The position numbers and the translations under genes are program-made. From an uncultured Actinomycetota bacterium (GTDB taxonomy: Bacteria; Actinomycetota; UBA4738; HRBIN12), in NCBI GenBank assembly GCA_963737525.1, contig CAVTTD010000039.1, positions 5,113 through 69,112 of the forward strand: a DNA stretch of 64,000 nt, given 5' to 3'. The notes beneath the pieces are model-generated. The model saw only the letters and a program-made list of their open reading frames with translations, made no database searches and was not told the origin of the DNA. Positions 59,346-64,000 of this stretch are shown here, in pieces. The stretch's first letter is position 1; the number at the start of each line of letters is the position of its first letter.

Positions 59346-60395
59346 TCATGTCCGAGCTTCCTGAGCGCCGAGATCTGTGCGCCGCAGATCGGCATCGAGG
59401 TGTCCCATCGACATGAGCTGCTTGATTCGCTGCAGTCGAACGAATCGGGTCTGGAATGTCTCCTGCGTGAGGCCATTCTGACGATACGCGCGAAGTAGCT
59501 GCTCGGCCCCACGACGAACGGTCCACCTGGGGGTGAGCTCTGGGAAACTTGTCGCTAGCTTGGCGAAGTTGACTCGGTAGGAGCGAAGATCCGGTCCTCC
59601 CCCTGCCGCGAGGACGACTCGGCTGTTCGGGACAACCTCTTCGATGAGGTCCGCCACCTCCTTGATGCGGTAGTTCTCGTCGATGCTTCCGACGTTGACC
59701 GCTTGGTTGTGCACCAGCTCCGAAGGAGCTTCGAGGACGGCGAGGAAGGCACGCGCAACGTCCTCAACGTGGACGAGCGGCCTCCATGGTGTCCCATCAC
59801 TCATGACGAGAATCTTGCCCGTGAGATACGCGATCCCCACCAGGTTGTTCACCACCAAGTCGGTGCGGAGCTGGGGGGAAACACCATAGACCGTGGCGTT
59901 CCTTAAGAATGTGGGACTGAAGGAGTCGCTCGCCAATCTCGAGACATCCCGTTCCACCATCATCTTGGACTTCCCGTAAGCGGTCACGGGGTTGAGCGGA
60001 GCGTCCTCGGCAAGGAAAGCGTCACTCCCCGCTGCCCCGTACAGACTGCAAGATGATGAGAACAGGAACCGAGCGACTCCAGCCTCTCGGGCCAATCGAG
60101 CCAGACGGACCGAGGCCTCATGATTTATCGCGTATGTCCACGCGGGGTTCAGGTCGCCCACGGGATCGTCGGAGATCCCCGCGAGGTGGACGACCGCATC
60201 AACCCCTCCGAGATCCCGCGCCGTGACGTCGCGGATGTCGCCTTCTCAGTGAAGGTATCTCCGACGCCGGCTCCCCGAAAGAGCAGCCTTCGAACAGACA
60301 GCTGTCGAGGCCCACACGTCGTGACCCGCTGCCCCGAGCATCGGAGTCATCACGCTACCGATATAGCCGTCGTGACCGGTTACGAGCACTTTCAT
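59346..60395 (-). CDS. NAD-dependent epimerase/dehydratase, frameshifted
   Basis: MKVLVTGHDGYIG, VHLAGISDDP, FSSSCSLYG, YGKSK, LRNATVYG, RPLVHVED. Confidence 0.92.
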
Positions 60396-61428
60396 CAGCG
60401 GACCCCTTCCCCACCGCGCGACTCGTCACCACCCGACGCCTCGGTCCCAGAGGTGGCACCCACGCCCTTCAAGCCACGTCCGATGGCCTTGGCATCGCTC
60501 GCGGTCGGTTCTTCCTGGGAACCCGATACACCTCGCAACCAGCGAGTCGTCCTACTCAGTCCTTCGTCGAGTGCTACTCGAGCTCGCCACTCCAGCAAGG
60601 AGAGCGCCTTGTCAACATCCGCTCGAGGAGATAGCTCGAATACCCGATCAGGAACAGCCCCGAACCGTGGCTCGATGGAAGGGTCGATCAGCGACACCAG
60701 CTTTTCGACCACGGTTCTTACTGACACGAGCACGCCCGTGCCGACGTCGATCGTCTCGCCCTCGATTCCGTCGGCGGCTGCGGCCGCGACGAATGCGTCG
60801 CTGACGTCGTCAACGTATACCCAGTCCACAAGCCTGCCACCACTAGACAACTCCGGCGTCTCGCCGCGATAGAGGGAAAGACCGACATAAGGGATCAGCT
60901 TCGTGTGGTCGCGCTGCTCCCGGCCCGTAAACCATGAACAGGCGGAGGACGACAACCGGAAGGTCGTACAGCGCGTGGAACATCCTTGCATATGCGGTGC
61001 TTGCGGATTTCGCAGCCGCATAAGGTGAGTTGGGAATCGCTGCCAACGGATCGGTAGGCTCCTCCATCGACCCGGCAACTACGAATCGGTGGCATCCGGT
61101 CTCCGCGGCGGCTGCCAGAAGATTGACCGTACTCAGCAGGTTGTTCTTCACCGTTGGAACAACCCAGTCTAGAGCTCGACTCCTCCGACCTGACTGGCGA
61201 GATGGAAAACGAGATCCGGGCTCACTGTCCATGAAATCAGTTTCTCGCGTCCGCCAGGTCTGCCCTCCACCAACGATCGACGCCGGCATGACCAGCTCCG
61301 GTCCTGGAAACGCCGCGGACCTCCACCCCCGCCCCGCGTAATTGCCGACAAAGGTGCGTGCCGATGAATCCAGAGGCGCCGGTGACGATGGCGGATCGGC
61401 CGGCGAGCCCAGACCGTTCATCGCTCAT
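60395..61428 (-). CDS. Second NAD-dependent epimerase/dehydratase, several frameshifts
   Basis: IVTGASGFIG, VFHLAS, SPYAAAK, LRLFMVYGP, DWVYVDD. Confidence 0.85.
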
Positions 61429-62763
61429 TCTAAGGTCGCCTCTGATCGAGGTTCTTTTTTGCCGCGCTTCCGGGTCCCTACGGCTCCTCCTGTCGGGCAC
61501 GGCTCAAGTAACCCGTGGTGGAGAAGCCGGTCCGCTGCCGCCCTCAGGTGCAGGAACGGGAGGCCCGATACCTCGGCGATATCTAAGAGGCTGTGTTGCG
61601 TATCGGAGAGGTTGAGGACCCAGAGCAAGGCGAGCTGCTCCAGTTCAAGATCCTTCCCCCCCACCGACGGATAGAGCCCTCGTCTCCCCAGCTGAGGCTC
61701 GCCCTTCGGGTTCGTGTTGCGTACGTCGCGTTCCCTTCGAGCAAGTCGATGACGGAGAGCAAGACGGAGAGGGACTCCCCCAAGGCCTTGGGGGTCACAA
61801 GCTCGAGGTCGTCGGCGGAGGTGTGGTATTCGGATATCCCATGCGGCGTGCGGGTGAGGCCCCCACGGGAAAGTCGAATCCCGGCGAGCAGTACTGCCGC
61901 TCATCGTAGCCGTACGGCGAGAAGTCGACGAGCTCGTGGTCAACCCCGCAGGCGGAGCACGCGCCACGGCCCGATCGATCTCGGCATCGCCCCGTCGGCT
62001 CCGTTTGTAGGTGAGCCCGGTCTCCGACACATGCGAGCACCAGGCCGTGCTGATCCGCGACGCGATCCTCGTTCCGGGCCAGCCAGGTGATCGAGCCGAT
62101 CGTGCCCGGGATGAACAGGAACCGATAGGAGATCGGCGGCGACCCGCCAGATCGCATGAACGGCGAGCCACGTCGCCCAGCGAGGAGGTTGTCGTTGGCC
62201 AGGGATGGATGGCACACGTGGCAGGAGATCAGGACCTCGTCCTCCGTCTCGCCTGGCAGATAGCACTCCCCGTAGGTGAGGTGCCCGTCCCAGGGAGGAA
62301 TCGATGCAGACCTCGTACTCGCCGTCCGGCAGCGCGTCGAGCTGCCGTCTGACACAGGCAGAACCCCCAGGTCTCCTCGTAGTACGAGGTCCGGTATGGG
62401 ATCCAGTCCGGGTGATCCGGAACGAGTGAGATGTGGCCGGAGCTGGTCGAGCGTCATGCGTCCGCGGAACGGGACGCTGTAGCTCACCAGGTGGAGATTC
62501 GACGCGGAAGTCGATCACCCGATCGCCGCCCGCGTTCTTGACGTAGGCGTCCCGGATGTTCCATTCTCTCGGAACGGTCCAGTCGAGAACGGGGGTGCCC
62601 GTCGGCACTTCGTGGAGGTCGAGCGGGATGCTTGGCCGATACGTCGTGAGCGTCTCGCGCGTCCCGTCGCCGGTGATGCTCCGGCAGAACGGGAACAAGT
62701 CGCGCCATGCACTGAGGGCACGCCGATGGCCCGCCCGCTCGCACCGAACTCCGAGATGCTCAC
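61425..62763 (-). CDS. DUF4910 (aminopeptidase-like with C-terminal wHTH) protein, several frameshifts
   Basis: [93 protein letters not shown]. Confidence 0.88.
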
Positions 62764-63309
62764 TCGGGTCTGGCGCCCGCCGTCACGGCCGCGAAGTCGG
62801 GATACTCCCGGTCCCGCGCCGATATCGCCGGTCGTCGTCCGGCCAGGCGATTCCGAAGACGGGGTCGTTCCACCGGACACCCCGCGCGTGGTCGGCCGAG
62901 TGGTACTCGGACATCTGGTAGGACACTTCGGTGTCGTCTGGAGGGTGAGGAAGCCGTGCGCGAATCCCACCGGCACGTAGAGCATCCTCCGGTTCTCGGC
63001 GGTCAGAGCGTCACCCCGAATGCCGTTTGAAGGTCGGCGACTCCGGCCGGAGGTCGATGATCACGTCATGGATGCGCCCCGGCGTGCAGCGGATCAGCTT
63101 GGTCTCCTGGTGGGGCGCTGCCTGGTAGTGCATGCCCCGAAGGGTGCCCCGACCATTGAAGGAGATGCTCCATTGAGCGAACTCCGTCAACAGCGCGTTG
63201 GCTGCGAACTCCCTGCGACATCAAACGCGGGCGAAGAAGCCTCGTTCGTCGTCGAGGTGCTCAGGTTCGATCAGGAACGCCCCGGAAGATCGGTCTCGTA
63301 GAAGATCAT
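62760..63309 (-). CDS. dTDP/CDP-4-dehydro-sugar 3,5-epimerase (RmlC/RfbC family), frameshifts
   Basis: MIFYETDLPGAFLIEP, DERGFFAR, GTLRGMHYQ, ETKLIRC, MLYVPVGFAHGFLTL. Confidence 0.9.
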
Positions 63310-63335
63310 CGCGTCCGCCGCCACTCCTGTCGGAG

Positions 63336-63995
63336 TCATGCCAGCACCAGCTTCCGGCAGTAGAAGGCCTCAGCGAACCCTGACGGCGACCTGCTCTCCA
63401 TCCCCCGCAGTCGCAGCATGGCCATGAACACGTCCTCGGAGAACCAGGGCTTGTCCCGCTGACTCTCGAAGATGCCGAGAACGGATTCGACCTTCAGGCG
63501 AGAGGTCTCCTCGTCTAGATGAACGAAGACGTTCGGACGCCCTAGGTCGCCATCGTACTTCGGGATCTCGTACTCGAGGATCAGATGGTCGCGGAACGTA
63601 TTCCAGGTGAGCTCGCCTACCAAGCGGTGATCCTGATGGAGGTCGTCCCGACTGTGCGTCAGCACGAGATCTGGCGAAACCTCCCTCCCCAGAAGATCGA
63701 ACCGATCCTTGAGCTCCGCCCCCACGTAAGGGAAATAGCTCATCCTGAAGTCCTCTATGACTACCCGAGCGTTCTTCGCCCGCCTGAGGAAGGTTTCGGC
63801 GCCCCGGTTGGCCTCGGCTGACCGCCGTCCGGGTGCGCTCAAGACAACCCAATCGACCGAGACCCGGCCACTCCCCATCTGGAGCAGCTTCAGCATGGTG
63901 CCCCCACAGCCGATCTCGATGTCGTCCGCATGGGCCCCCAGACACAGGATGCGCGACAGGGGACTGGTGAACGCCTCCAACCCGAGGACGAGCAT
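63336..63995 (-). CDS. PIG-L/LmbE family deacetylase
   Basis: LGAHADDIEIGCGG, DLVLTH..DDLHQDH, YEIPKYDGD, AEAF. Confidence 0.92.
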   Translation of the reverse strand: MLVLGLEAFTSPLSRILCLGAHADDIEIGCGGTMLKLLQMGSGRVSVDWVVLSAPGRRSAEANRGAETFLRRAKNARVVIEDFRMSYFPYVGAELKDRFDLLGREVSPDLVLTHSRDDLHQDHRLVGELTWNTFRDHLILEYEIPKYDGDLGRPNVFVHLDEETSRLKVESVLGIFESQRDKPWFSEDVFMAMLRLRGMESRSPSGFAEAFYCRKLVLA

Positions 63996-64000
63996 TCAGC

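Noticed and set aside
1-64000. CRISPR array, IS or prophage genes
   Set aside because: No regularly spaced repeats, transposase, integrase or phage structural motifs recognised.

Overview
High-GC Actinomycetota-type chromosomal window, probably from an uncultured lineage. Many single-base frameshifts, even in essential genes such as rpsD, point to long-read assembly errors rather than pseudogenes. The backbone carries an oligopeptide ABC operon end, adnAB, the crp/MBL/NUDIX/ridA/whiB/PBP/yqeY/phosphoesterase/tRNA-Pro(CGG) region, nuoD, selA-selB, an NlpC/P60 endopeptidase, an ECF sigma/anti-sigma pair, a Grx-TrxR fusion and rpsD. The right end is a lower-GC polysaccharide cluster. Three highlights. 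(1) A candidate undescribed peptide-signalling system at 9.3-13.2 kb: an unannotated 27-aa signal-peptide-like precursor (MKVVRRIAIALGSLLAVALAGGAHWRG), a DUF5317 membrane protein with LspA-like aspartate motifs, and two paralogous membrane-sensor HisKA_3 kinases. (2) A MerB (organomercurial lyase)-like selenoprotein whose in-frame UGA is followed by an fdhF-like SECIS hairpin, in the same window as selA/selB. (3) A fatty acyl reductase-HAD / Zn-ADH / LarA-domain / acyltransferase / TetR operon resembling myxobacterial ether-lipid genes, with a palindromic operator over its promoter. No CRISPR array, integrase or IS element was recognised. All family assignments come from motif recognition by eye; no database search was run.
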